Source of the DNA: a virus
Taxonomy: Duplodnaviria > Caudoviricetes
Length of the DNA: 64,000 nt
Reading direction: 5' to 3' (one strand)
Virus record (IMG/VR): IMGVR_UViG_3300042997_000909
Coordinates: 1 to 64,000 of that record
This document shows positions 11,667-22,900 of the stretch, in pieces; the first letter of the stretch is position 1, and every line of letters begins with the position of its first letter. Below the pieces are notes generated by a model. It was not told the DNA's origin. It was given only the letters and a program-made list of their open reading frames with translations, and did no database searches. Both the position numbers and the translations under genes were made by a program.

Positions 11667-12254
11667 ATGGCGTTAAAGTGTAGAACAGATATCAAAAAGG
11701 CAATAATCAAAAAAGCGATTGAGCCAAATGTAAGTAAGAATGTGCAGCAGATATCATCTGACACATTGTTTATTAGTAATGAAGCATTTGCCAGTGGTAA
11801 ATCTCAAGTATTCAGAGTTGCTGAAAGCATTGTCAACAGAACTAATAAAAGTTTTGAAGGTAATGTAGCATATCGCAGAGAGATGTCCAATGGTCAAGAG
11901 GTTGTTTTTAATCCATCACAGGATTTGGTAACAATTTATTACAATGAATATCTAAAAGCTCTTACTGAAGCAGAGGCACGTGCAATTCAACGTGCAGATG
12001 CTGAGCGAGCTGGTATACAGTATGATGATGATTATCTTTTTGATAATGAAGAATCTAGTAATCCTCTTTATGATATGTATGAAGATATGGCAAACCTAGA
12101 ACTAACTCCAGCAGTAATTGAGTATCTTTATAGTGACAGTAGTAAAAGATTGCGCATAGCCAATTTTGCACAAGAAGCAAAAAACTTAGTTGCAAACATG
12201 CGCGGTATGAACTACACAAATAATGAAATTCTTGAAAAAATAAAGTGTCTATAA
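11667..12254 (+). CDS. Small (195 aa) protein in the virion cargo cluster with one Cys near each terminus
   Basis: ATG at 11667, 2 nt after the upstream stop; abuts the next ATG at 12255. Sequence MALKC...KIKCL. Confidence 0.8.
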   Translation: MALKCRTDIKKAIIKKAIEPNVSKNVQQISSDTLFISNEAFASGKSQVFRVAESIVNRTNKSFEGNVAYRREMSNGQEVVFNPSQDLVTIYYNEYLKALTEAEARAIQRADAERAGIQYDDDYLFDNEESSNPLYDMYEDMANLELTPAVIEYLYSDSSKRLRIANFAQEAKNLVANMRGMNYTNNEILEKIKCL

Positions 12255-15200
12255 ATGAGCGCATGTCCAAATCCTAATGACCAAGCTTGGAAAGACTTGG
12301 TAATCGCTTTGAGTAGCGAGGCAGATGCAATGACAGCATTTGTAAGAAATAATAATGAAGTCCCTACAGTAGAAAAAGCAAAAGAGATTTTAAAAAACTT
12401 ACGCATCCAAGATAAGGATGAACAACTTTCTCTTGCATCAGATCAGTTTAAATTAAGCAGATCAGTGCAGCAACGCGCAATGCTTGAAACAGTAAAACTA
12501 CGTTCAAACAAAGCACAGCGAGAAACTATTGAAAAGCTTATCGCGATGAATGACATGTACCAGGACTTTTTGAAGTCTAACATAGACGCAGCAAAAAATG
12601 GTACACCAATAGAAAACACATTAAGCGTATCCAAATTTATTGGTTCTTCAGAATTCAAAGGTGATCCAAAAGAATATGAAGCATTCAAACTCTTTGGAAC
12701 ATTTATGCATGAGTTATTAGAGATTGGTCAAGTAGAGGCGTTGAAAGCAAACAAGACTATTGCACAAATCTTTAATCCAGAGTTTTTTGAAGATGCTTAT
12801 GAGAAGTACACAAAAAAGAATCCTTTTGAAATACAAAAACTTTCTAAGGAAGAAATGTATGAAATGGCATTTGGATTAGTACAACATGTGAATACAAAAA
12901 ATGCAAGTGGATATGTAATCCTACCAGAGGTAACAATCGTTGGTACATCTCTTTCTGGTAGTAAGGTGATTGGGCGTCTTGATATTTTGATGATTGATGC
13001 AGTTGGTCGCGTACATATCTATGACTTTAAAACAAAGAAGATAAAATACCTTACTGAGCGAAATCCTTTTACAGGGCAAGATGAAGTAAACGTAGACAAG
13101 GCTCTGATAGAATTGGCTAATAAAAGATATCCAATTGCAAACACGCCAGGAGTTGCTACTGAGTTTCAAAAAATATCATTGCGTTCAACATATGATGTAT
13201 GGATGATGCAGCTTGATATTTACGATAACATCTTAAAGCAAAGTGGTATTAATGTTTCTAACAAGACCATCTCAGCTTTGATGTATCAGATTGATGAAAA
13301 CACAAACGAGTATGTAGCTAATGCATTGCATGTGTTTGAAGATCAAGAATATTATGACCAAGCGCGTAGTGCAAAAATTGGTACTGATGGTTATTGGTTT
13401 TCAAACATTGACTCAACAGAGGATGTTGTATTTAAAATTAAAAGAGCAGCAGCCCTTGAAATACCAACAGGTGAATACACTGAAGAAGAAATCAAAACTA
13501 AATCACCAGAAGAACTTTTTGACATAAACCCAACAGACAAAAACATGGGTGATTTTGTGAAGGTTCTTGAAAGTGTGATTGATGGTCAGATAAACAAAAT
13601 TTATAGTGACCTTGATGAGGCAAAAAACAAACCTAAGCGTGACGCTAACTATGAAAAACTTTTAGCTGCGCGAAGAGATACTCTTAACAACTTTAAAAAA
13701 ATTGTAGAGAAACTTAAAACTACAAATCCATCTGCACTTGTTAACTCAGCAAACTTTTTTAATGCTCTCAATGTAATGGAGCAAGACTTAGAAACAATGA
13801 GTCAAATCTCAAGAATGGCTCTTGATGCATACATGACTGGTGAACCAAATGATAAGATACGTAACTTAGACAAAGTACGTGAAGCATTCAACAAGAGTGT
13901 TGTTCTTACTACGGTAATAGATGTAATGACTGAGATTGTAAATGAGGCAGCTTCCAATGAAGAGAATGAGATTGGAGTAGACAGTCCTGTGAGACAGCGA
14001 TTAGCTCAATTGAGCATTTATGCAGAGCAGATTCAGTCAGATTTTAAAAAGATTGGTATGGCCAATGCTATCAGTGTACTAAAATCTCCAGGTGAAAGAG
14101 TCTTTACTGAAGTTCAGGAACAAGCACGTCAAGCACTTGAGATTGAATTAGAAAGATTGAAAGAGCAAGTTGAGAAACTTAAAACCAATCCAAAGTTAGG
14201 ATTGTATAAAAATGCAAAAATCAGATTCTTTAGTCTTACAAACAGAAACTTTAGAGAAAAGGTTAAAGAAGCAATGGGTCCAAATGGTAGCATTGTTCTT
14301 GGAGAGATTGATAGACTTGAAAGACGCGTCATGCAAATTGAAATGCTATTACAAGGATTTGAATTTACAGATGAGGCGATGGAAAAATATATCAGTGGTA
14401 TTACTGACCACACATCTCCTTTTTACGCAGGTATGCAAAATCCATATGCTGGTTCTGATACAATTCTTGGAGGCTGGATGATGGACAGTGCGATAGCATC
14501 AGCTTCAAATTCTGATTTAGCCATCTCAGCATTCACAACAATGTTGAAAGACTTTAAAGCACAGGCAGAATATAATGTGATGAATGATGCCAAAATGCAA
14601 AAGTTTGATAGAATGCGTCAGGCGTTATTAAATAAAGGATACTCTGTTGAGACTTTGAACAAAGTAGTTTCTGAATGGAGAGATGTTACTTATTTTAATT
14701 CTAAAACGCAAGAAGTAGAAACTAAAAAGGTTCTTACATATATCAAACCATTTAGTGGTGAGTATGAAAATACTTATAAAGGTTTCCAACAACAGCTACG
14801 CATACTAAATAAAGAAGTTTATGAGCTGCGTGCTGTATATAATGAGAAGTTTGACACTCCAGAAAAAGCTGAGGCAGAAGATAAGTACTTGAAAAAAGTT
14901 ACAGAAAGAGATCAACACAACAACACAATGATTGAGTGGATGTTGGATAATGCTAACCTTCCATATGTGGATGAGTTTTATAATCTTCAATTAAAATTAC
15001 CTCAAGACATACGTGATGCCTTACAAAAGATATATCTTGAACAAGAAGTTATCTTGCACAGTGTAGGTAAAGGTAATGAGGTTCTACTTGAAGAGGCAGA
15101 CTTTGATAGGTTAAAAGAACTTGATGCAGAAGCAAAAAGATTACGTCTTGATGCTATTGATCGTAGCCCTGAGTACGCAGAATATCTTGAGAAGTTTGAT

Positions 15201-18200
15201 GAGCTATATGAGTTTGACACTAATGATAACTTCTTCAGGGTTATGGAGAAGAATGCAGAGGTGCGTTTCTCAGATGATCCAGAAAGGTTAAGCAGCTGGT
15301 ATGCAGATAACACAGTATCACGTCCTACTGCAGACTGGTATGAACAAGTAAATGCACTATATGATGAGCGTTCTCAGTTAATGGAAGGTGATCCTGACAT
15401 TAAAGCACTGATTGACAGAAAGAAACGCATCATGGCGCCATATAAAAATGCTGGTAGATTTAATCCTAAATACTTAACTGAAGAAGAAATCTCAGAACTT
15501 GATGGTATTGAGGCAGAGATTGATGATATTCTTGATGGTAAAAAAGCACAGAAAACAACTTTGTCAAAAGAAGAACGAAGAGAGATTGCTAGAATCACAC
15601 AAGAAATTAGAAAACTTGTATCTTTTGAAATCAACCCTATTTACATAAAGGAGTTTGATACACGTTATAGAATCCTTGAAACTGCTTACAATGAGTTAGC
15701 AATTTCTCAATCAAACTTGGCTGTTGCAAGAACAAAAGGTGTTGATGCAGATATTGCTGAAGCTGAAGACAATGTAATTTTTGCTGTTAGGAGATTTGGA
15801 GAGGTTGAAGCTTCTTTCAAAACATGGTTTGAAAAAAATCACTATAATAAATACGAAAGCATCACTGTTAAGAAAGACTTAAAGGCCTACAAGGTTCCTA
15901 AATCATTTAACTTTGAAAGACTACCTTCTGCAAGTGTTGCAGATAAATATATGGAAACAGTACCAAATCCAAAATATTACAAAGTAAAACGTTTGAGAAT
16001 TGGTAACTGGACATTAGATGGTAGAAAACTTACAAATAAAGAAATAGAAGACCTTCAACAAAAACCTGATGAGATACGCGCACTACATGTTTCTGGTAGA
16101 TTGAATATGAAACCAGGAGCGTACAATGAAGCATACTTAAAAGGACCTGAAGGTATTCCATTACCAAAAGAGTTAACACTGAACGATGAAGGGCATTATG
16201 TTATAGATCCTAAGAAAGGTCCTGGTAGAAACATAAATCCAAAGTATCTTGACTTACTCAACAATAAAGAGCAATTTGAGTTCTATAATAGTATGATGGA
16301 TATCTTTTTTGACTTACAACAAAAAATTGAAGGTAGAAAAATTGGATACCAGGTTCCAGGATTTGCTTCATCTTTGATAGAAGGTATTGCAAATGAAAGT
16401 CTTGGAAAAGGTTTTGCTAAGCAATACAATGCTTTTCTTGACAGAAACTTTAAAGCGATGGGTCAGCAAGATATGTCAGAAAACATACATGGTGATATTG
16501 GTGCACGTATAAGAATGAGATTTTCTAATCAGTTAGGAGAAGAGATTCAGTCTTCAGATGCAATAGGTTCATTTATGAAATGGACAACAGAAGCACACAT
16601 GAATATTTCCATGCAAGAAATTGCTCCTAAATCAAAAGGATTTATTGAGTTTATGAAAGTTCAACGTGAGCAGCTTGCAAAAGACATTCTTAAAGGTGAA
16701 GTTTTTGTCACAGATGAGGTAACAGGTAAACGAACAAAGGTTGACATCAAGCAAAAACTTGCTGAGATGGATAACCTTATCAAGATACTTGAGTTTGAAA
16801 ACAATAAGTTCTTGTATGGTATAACAGAAAATGCTACTGATGCAGGAAGAGGTACTAAAAAAATCATTGATGGTTTCTTCAAGTATACCAGCTTTATCAG
16901 AATTGGTTTTGATGTTATCAACCAAACAAAAAACTACACTTCAGGTAACGTTCAGGCTTTCCTGGCTGCGGGAGGCAGCGACAGTGCGCATTACAGTAAA
17001 AGAGATTGGCTTTTTGCAAAAGGTAAAGTATATGGTTATGGTGGTTTCTTATCTAACTATCTTAAAGATTGGGGACGCATTTCAGATTTAACTGAAACTA
17101 CAATGCTTTATAGAATGATGAATCCTGCGCAAAAGGATATTATTAAGTATTTCTCTGACTCATCAGGAACAAAAGGTCGTAGACTTGCTGAAAAACTTGT
17201 GTCTGTAGGTGAACTTGGGTACATGTTACAAGATAAAGGTGATACAGAAATTGCAGTCACAGTGATGTATGCAATTATGAATAACTACAAGTTTGAACAA
17301 ATTGAAAGCATTGATCCTGTTACAGGAGAAAAGATATTCAAACGTGATAGCAAAGGCGAAGTGGTTATGGTTCCATCTCATGAGGCATACATCAAAGACA
17401 AGAATGGTAACTTGGTTATCAGAAATGATGTAAACTATTCTAAGGAGGATGAAAAACGTATAAGAAATATTGTTTATTCTGAGATGCGAAGAGCACAAGG
17501 TAACTATGCTGGTGCAGACCAGACAGAATTTGAAAGTAGGATACTTGGTAAAATGGTATTTTTCTTTAGAAAGTTCTTGGTTCCACAATTCTTGAATAGA
17601 TTTGGTTACTTGCGTCCTAACTGGGAAGGTTCTGAAGTTGCAGTAGGATACTGGCGTGCATTTGCAAAAGCCATGAAATTGTTTGGTGTGGGAAATACAA
17701 TGAAGGAGTTTCTTGTAGGTTCTGATACACTGTCAAAAATGGGCTTGTCAGGTGGTACAAAAACGTATGTTATAAAAGATCCAAAAACAGGAGCTGTTAT
17801 TAAGACAGTAGACGCTGGAGACTTTTATTCAAAGCGTGTGCATCATGCAAGAAGAGATGCAATTGCTATGACATTACTTACAATACTGAGTATGATGTTG
17901 TTGTCTTTTGTAAGACGTAGAGATGACGATGATGAAGAACTCAGCATGCTTGAAGGTAACGCCATACGTGTTATCTGGGGTACAAAATCTGAAACAGTAT
18001 CAATGTTCCCTGTTGGAGATGGTTCTCAGGAGTACGTTAAAAACTTTACCACAGCAATACCATTTGTGCGTGAGTTTTCAGCAACAATCAAGATGTTAAA
18101 TCATGGTTTAAAATATGGTATGGCAATGACAATGAATGGTGGTGAAGAACCAGATCCTGATTATGATTCAGAATTCTATCAAGAAATCTGGAAAGATGCA

Positions 18201-18341
18201 TTTTATTCTAGAAAGTCTGGTGCATATGAAAAAGGTGATGCAAAATTTGGAAAAGATTTTGTTGACCTTACTGGTATTAAAAACTTTAGAGATATACTTG
18301 ATCCTAACTATAGAATTGATGTACTTAAACGTAATCAATAA
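12255..18341 (+). CDS. Large virion cargo/ejection protein with an N-proximal PD-(D/E)XK nuclease-like domain and a C-proximal TM helix
   Basis: GTFMHELLE...PE...GRLDILMID...IYDFKT...QLDIY nuclease signature; long helical middle; hydrophobic AIAMTLLTILSMMLLSFV followed by RRRDDDDEE; position next to the vRNAP. Confidence 0.8.
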   Translation: MSACPNPNDQAWKDLVIALSSEADAMTAFVRNNNEVPTVEKAKEILKNLRIQDKDEQLSLASDQFKLSRSVQQRAMLETVKLRSNKAQRETIEKLIAMNDMYQDFLKSNIDAAKNGTPIENTLSVSKFIGSSEFKGDPKEYEAFKLFGTFMHELLEIGQVEALKANKTIAQIFNPEFFEDAYEKYTKKNPFEIQKLSKEEMYEMAFGLVQHVNTKNASGYVILPEVTIVGTSLSGSKVIGRLDILMIDAVGRVHIYDFKTKKIKYLTERNPFTGQDEVNVDKALIELANKRYPIANTPGVATEFQKISLRSTYDVWMMQLDIYDNILKQSGINVSNKTISALMYQIDENTNEYVANALHVFEDQEYYDQARSAKIGTDGYWFSNIDSTEDVVFKIKRAAALEIPTGEYTEEEIKTKSPEELFDINPTDKNMGDFVKVLESVIDGQINKIYSDLDEAKNKPKRDANYEKLLAARRDTLNNFKKIVEKLKTTNPSALVNSANFFNALNVMEQDLETMSQISRMALDAYMTGEPNDKIRNLDKVREAFNKSVVLTTVIDVMTEIVNEAASNEENEIGVDSPVRQRLAQLSIYAEQIQSDFKKIGMANAISVLKSPGERVFTEVQEQARQALEIELERLKEQVEKLKTNPKLGLYKNAKIRFFSLTNRNFREKVKEAMGPNGSIVLGEIDRLERRVMQIEMLLQGFEFTDEAMEKYISGITDHTSPFYAGMQNPYAGSDTILGGWMMDSAIASASNSDLAISAFTTMLKDFKAQAEYNVMNDAKMQKFDRMRQALLNKGYSVETLNKVVSEWRDVTYFNSKTQEVETKKVLTYIKPFSGEYENTYKGFQQQLRILNKEVYELRAVYNEKFDTPEKAEAEDKYLKKVTERDQHNNTMIEWMLDNANLPYVDEFYNLQLKLPQDIRDALQKIYLEQEVILHSVGKGNEVLLEEADFDRLKELDAEAKRLRLDAIDRSPEYAEYLEKFDELYEFDTNDNFFRVMEKNAEVRFSDDPERLSSWYADNTVSRPTADWYEQVNALYDERSQLMEGDPDIKALIDRKKRIMAPYKNAGRFNPKYLTEEEISELDGIEAEIDDILDGKKAQKTTLSKEERREIARITQEIRKLVSFEINPIYIKEFDTRYRILETAYNELAISQSNLAVARTKGVDADIAEAEDNVIFAVRRFGEVEASFKTWFEKNHYNKYESITVKKDLKAYKVPKSFNFERLPSASVADKYMETVPNPKYYKVKRLRIGNWTLDGRKLTNKEIEDLQQKPDEIRALHVSGRLNMKPGAYNEAYLKGPEGIPLPKELTLNDEGHYVIDPKKGPGRNINPKYLDLLNNKEQFEFYNSMMDIFFDLQQKIEGRKIGYQVPGFASSLIEGIANESLGKGFAKQYNAFLDRNFKAMGQQDMSENIHGDIGARIRMRFSNQLGEEIQSSDAIGSFMKWTTEAHMNISMQEIAPKSKGFIEFMKVQREQLAKDILKGEVFVTDEVTGKRTKVDIKQKLAEMDNLIKILEFENNKFLYGITENATDAGRGTKKIIDGFFKYTSFIRIGFDVINQTKNYTSGNVQAFLAAGGSDSAHYSKRDWLFAKGKVYGYGGFLSNYLKDWGRISDLTETTMLYRMMNPAQKDIIKYFSDSSGTKGRRLAEKLVSVGELGYMLQDKGDTEIAVTVMYAIMNNYKFEQIESIDPVTGEKIFKRDSKGEVVMVPSHEAYIKDKNGNLVIRNDVNYSKEDEKRIRNIVYSEMRRAQGNYAGADQTEFESRILGKMVFFFRKFLVPQFLNRFGYLRPNWEGSEVAVGYWRAFAKAMKLFGVGNTMKEFLVGSDTLSKMGLSGGTKTYVIKDPKTGAVIKTVDAGDFYSKRVHHARRDAIAMTLLTILSMMLLSFVRRRDDDDEELSMLEGNAIRVIWGTKSETVSMFPVGDGSQEYVKNFTTAIPFVREFSATIKMLNHGLKYGMAMTMNGGEEPDPDYDSEFYQEIWKDAFYSRKSGAYEKGDAKFGKDFVDLTGIKNFRDILDPNYRIDVLKRNQ

Positions 18342-18365
18342 TTTTGATGATATAAAAATATTTAC

Positions 18366-18381
18366 TATCTTATTACTGAGG
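18366..18381 (+). promoter_or_regulatory. Candidate late promoter motif TATCTTATnnnTGAGG (copy 1)
   Basis: TATCTTATTACTGAGG upstream of the tail operon; 13/16 identical to 28110-28125. Confidence 0.5.
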
Positions 18382-18414
18382 TAGTGCAACATTAAATACT
18401 AAAAATGAAGAAAG

Positions 18415-19896
18415 ATGGTTTACAAAATTTATAAAAGCAACAATTACATTATCATCATAGATGAGAATGATAATTATTTTGAAGAGCATTGCGCAAATGT
18501 CCTTGTGACAAAGCTGCTTACAGCTGACACAACATATGATATAACATTCTTTAGGCCTGAAAATATACCTCAAGCATTTTACAATGTAAAATTTGCAGAC
18601 ATCAGGCAACAATCTGGTGCACCATATGCAAGTGTTTCTGCATGGGAAACTTGGTATACTACAAACACAGGTCTTTGTAGTAATAATGTTGTACTTCAAT
18701 CTATCCTTGCAACCTTGCAAGCACAAACAGAGGTTGAAGGTGTCTTTGTAAAAGATCTTGGAAATTCTGACAAAATTGTTTTGCAAGTAAAAGTATGGGA
18801 CCAAGATAGTCAGCAATATATTGCTACATATTACTATAATGCTGATGGTACTTTGTATACACCTGTTGGCCCACTTGAATGGGTTGGTACTGCAGGAAGT
18901 GTAAACGCTACTATTATAAGTCCACTTGGAGATACTACCACTTGTGGTAATGCAGTTGCAATTACTTATTGTGCTGGTCAAGCGACAGAGTTTTTTGATC
19001 AAGGAGATACATTAGATAGTATTCTCACAGAATTACAAAGTACGCTTGATATAAATATTACTAATGCAAGTTTACCTGTAACTCAATCAGGTACATGGTC
19101 TGTAGCTGTGACATCTCTTCCTGCAATTACTGGTACTGTTGCTTTAGATACAGCAACGCTTGCTGCGTTAGAAACCATCACAGTTAATCAAGGTACGAGT
19201 CCTTGGATAATCTCTGGTACAGTTGCTTTGGATACTGCTACATTAGCAGCACTTGAAACAATCAATGTTATACAATCAGGAACTTGGACAGTTGCAGTTT
19301 CATCAATACCAGCTATAACAGGAACAGTTGCACTAGATGCTGCTACTCTTGCTGCTTTGGAGACTATAACTGTTACGCAAGGTACTTCTCCATGGGTTGT
19401 TTCAGGAACAGTTAATTCTGTTCAATCAGGAACGTGGAATGTAAATGTTGCCAACTTCCCTGCTACACAAAATGTGGCTGTAACTTCTATTGTAGAAGTT
19501 GAAGTTAAAAATGATACTGGAAATCCATTACCTGTTTCAGGTACTGTAAATGTTGGAAACTTTCCAGCAAGCGTTGAAGTATCAAACGATGTTGGAAATC
19601 CTCTTCCAATAAGAGTTTTACATGAAGGTGGTACGGTTGCTGTTCCATATGCAAGCGCTGAGATGGCAGTAGGATCAGGTACAACACCAGTGACAATTTC
19701 TGCAGGTGCTATAAGTGTAAGTATTCAAAACTTAGGAAATGATAATATACTTGTGACAACTGATTCTACAGTAAATGTTCCATTACCTCCAGGAGTTTCA
19801 GTTACTTTTGATGCGCCAGTTGGTCAAAGATTTGATGCTTTTTCATTTGTGGGGACATCAGTAAGTTCATCATTTATTGTTACACTAACATTATAA
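18415..19896 (+). CDS. Tail fibre-like structural protein with internal repeats
   Basis: T/V/S/G-rich. Three GTVALD(T/A)ATLAALETI repeats, QSGTW and QGTSPW repeats, two VEVxNDxGNPLP units. Confidence 0.75.
   Translation: MVYKIYKSNNYIIIIDENDNYFEEHCANVLVTKLLTADTTYDITFFRPENIPQAFYNVKFADIRQQSGAPYASVSAWETWYTTNTGLCSNNVVLQSILATLQAQTEVEGVFVKDLGNSDKIVLQVKVWDQDSQQYIATYYYNADGTLYTPVGPLEWVGTAGSVNATIISPLGDTTTCGNAVAITYCAGQATEFFDQGDTLDSILTELQSTLDINITNASLPVTQSGTWSVAVTSLPAITGTVALDTATLAALETITVNQGTSPWIISGTVALDTATLAALETINVIQSGTWTVAVSSIPAITGTVALDAATLAALETITVTQGTSPWVVSGTVNSVQSGTWNVNVANFPATQNVAVTSIVEVEVKNDTGNPLPVSGTVNVGNFPASVEVSNDVGNPLPIRVLHEGGTVAVPYASAEMAVGSGTTPVTISAGAISVSIQNLGNDNILVTTDSTVNVPLPPGVSVTFDAPVGQRFDAFSFVGTSVSSSFIVTLTL
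19081..19440 (+). repeat. Coding tandem repeats in the tail fibre-like gene
   Basis: QSGTWxVAVxSxPAITGTVALDxATLAALETITVxQGTSPW units, conserved in protein but synonymously diverged in DNA. Confidence 0.85.
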
Positions 19897-19905
19897 TTTT
19901 AAGCC

Positions 19906-22900
19906 ATGAGTGGAAATAAAATAAAAAGAGATTTGCCAAATGATGAATATCAGGCAGCAGTAGGTGCAAATAGCCCATCTGCATCTAATGTATTTGCTAC
20001 TATTGCAGATTTACCTATAGTAACTAGTGAAGCAGATGCTGTTGTTCTTGATGTAAAAATTAATCAAACTGGAGGTATCAATAAAGGTCAAGCTGTTTAT
20101 GTAAATGGTGCATCTGGTACAAATATACTTGTAGGGAAAGCAGATTACTCTACAGAAGCTACATCTTCAAAAACGTTAGGTCTTTTAGTTACATCTGGTG
20201 CAAACAATGCATTCAGTAAAGTTATTACACAAGGTTCCTTAAAAGGTACTGGTAGTGCGCCCTTAAATACAAGTGCTGCTACAGCAGGTGATCCTGTATG
20301 GTTAGGAGCTAATGGTAATTTAATTTATGGTCTTACAAATAAACCATATGCACCAAATCACTTGGTGTTTATTGGTGTAGTTGTAGAAGCTAACACAACT
20401 GTTGGCGAAATTTATGTCAAAACTCAAAACGGTTTTGAACTTGATGAAATTCATGATGTTCAATTGAAAGGTACAGGCAATCTTCCATTAGATGGAGAAG
20501 TCCTAACATATGAAGCATCTACTCAGTTATGGAAAGCAAAACCTGTTGTTAGTCAAAATGATTCACCTCTTGTATTTGTTATTGCTGCAACTGAAGGAGT
20601 GCTAACAGGTACTCCAACTTATTTTAATGGTGTTGCTAATGATGGTATAGGAGCTACGTTAACTGCTACAAGCAATGGTATATTATCTGATGGTACTGCA
20701 GTTGGAAGAATTGATACAAACTATATACCTGAAGTTGGTGATCTTATTCTTGTTAAAAATCAAGTAAACCAATTTCATAATGGTGTTTATGAAATCACTG
20801 ATACAGGTACTATAGCAACTCCTTATATCTTAACTAGAAGTGTAGATGTAGATGCTCCAGAAGAACTATATCCTTTACAAGTAAATGCATTTCAAGGATT
20901 AGTAAATGGTAGTAAATACTTTACTCAAACAAACACTGCATGGAGTAATACTACTCCACCTGTAGTTGGATTTGATAATATTATATTTACTCTTACATCA
21001 CTTACCACAAGTCCATTACAAATAACATTTGTAGATAATGCTACGTCTGTAGCACTTCCTCTTTGTACATATACATCAGGACCAGATGCAAGTAAACCTG
21101 GTGTAGGTGCTACATTAAAAGCTAATGGTTTTGGTACTTTAATTGTATCAGGAATGACAGCTGGTGCTAGTACTACTTCTGCTACTCAATTTACAACGCT
21201 ACTTGTAAAGAATGAAACTGAAACAAGATATAATGGCACGTATCAAGTTATTAATCCTGGTACTACAACATCAGCATGGGTATTAAGAAGAATAGACGAT
21301 CTTGCAGCTGGATTTAACAAATCACTGAGAATGGTTGTATGTTCTCACAATGTATCTCAATTTGGAGGAAGTATATTCATTCCTACATGGAGTTCTACAC
21401 GAATTAACAAGAATATTGGAATCTTAGGATTGGGACCATCAATTGATAATACAATTACATATGCAGGTTACACACCAACATCTAATAAACCTTTTGGTTT
21501 AAGAGATTCAAGTGGTGCATATAGAATGTTTAGATCTAATGAGTTACAACTTGCATTGGATAGTGCATTTGCTACATTACCTGTACCAAATACAAGTGAT
21601 TTAGTTTCAGCAGTAGTTGAAGTATTTGCCAATGTTACAGTAAATGTTACTAATCCATACACACCAATTAATCTTAGACATAGAGTTAACATAAATGGTA
21701 ATGGATATTCATATGTTGCATCAAGTCCCTCAACAACAATTACAACATTGTTTAGAGACAATGGAGGAGTTGCACCATATAATATACCAGTCATTTCTTC
21801 AATAAACAATTGGAACATTTCTAAGTTAACTCCACTTGCTACTGGTTACAGTATTGCATGGGGAAGTATATTGGATGTTACACTTGGATCAGATATTGAT
21901 CTTGCAGGAAGTGAGTTTTTAGGGGTTGCCCTAAATTCACTTAAAGTAAACAATGCAGCTGCAAAAGTTACAAATGCTAATATCATTTGTTCTCAATCTA
22001 CAGGTATTGAATTACTAAATGGCTTTGTATCAGATTGTTATGTAAACATGATTAGTACTGCTGGCTTTATGAATGGTATTAATGTTGGAACAGATATTAA
22101 TACCTTGAATACAGCAATATTAAAAGATACTAAAGTTAGATATTCTGCACAAGGTGCTGGTATTGTAAATATTGCAAAAATTATTAACTGTACATCAGTG
22201 GCAACTGGTGCAGGTACAGCAATTGTAAATGGTTTAGGAACAGGTGCTCTTCAAGGACCACATGCAATTGAGTGTGTTGGTTATAATAACAGCACTTCAG
22301 GTGGTGGTGGTATTGGTTTTGCAGCAAGTTTAGGTTCTGTTTCTCAAAACTGTCAAGGACACTCAGCTGCTGGATTTGGAATTACTGTAAATGGACAATC
22401 AAATACAAGATTAATTTCTTGTATTGCATCTACAACATCACCAGCAACAGCTGCAATAAGTGCTAATAATGGATTTTTAATGAATTGTATTGGTTATGCA
22501 ACTGGTACTGGAGCTGGTATAAGTTGTTCAAATGGTAATAATGGTTCTGGTTCTATTTACAATTGTACTGCAATATCACTAGGAGGTTCTGGTTTGACTT
22601 TGGGTTTTCAAGGGCCTTTTCTTGTTACAAATAGTACAATCATTTCTGGAGGTGCTACTTCACCAGGAATATCAATTTTAAATGGTTCAACAAACACAGC
22701 ATATTCAATACTAGGAAATGTCATAACAGCTGGAGGAACTTCTCAAGCATGTATTGGAGCATTAAATATTGCAATTGCCACAAACACAACAACTGCTGCA
22801 AATGGTACTTATGGTGGTAGTTTAACAGGTGGTAGTGGTTCTGGTGCAACAGCAACATTTACAGTTTCAGGAGGGATTGTCACATCTGTTGTCTTAAGTA

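Noticed and set aside
11662-11676. Readthrough of the vRNAP TAG into the next gene
   Set aside because: An in-frame TAA follows four codons later, and the next gene is in another frame with its own ATG.
19081-19440. CRISPR-like or DGR/shufflon repeats in tail genes
   Set aside because: Repeats are conserved at protein level with synonymous divergence. No constant DNA repeat-spacer pattern, reverse transcriptase or invertase is present in the window.
399-19696. Many short antisense or alternate-frame ORFs in the track (e.g. 18373-19002)
   Set aside because: They are shadows of long well-supported + strand genes.
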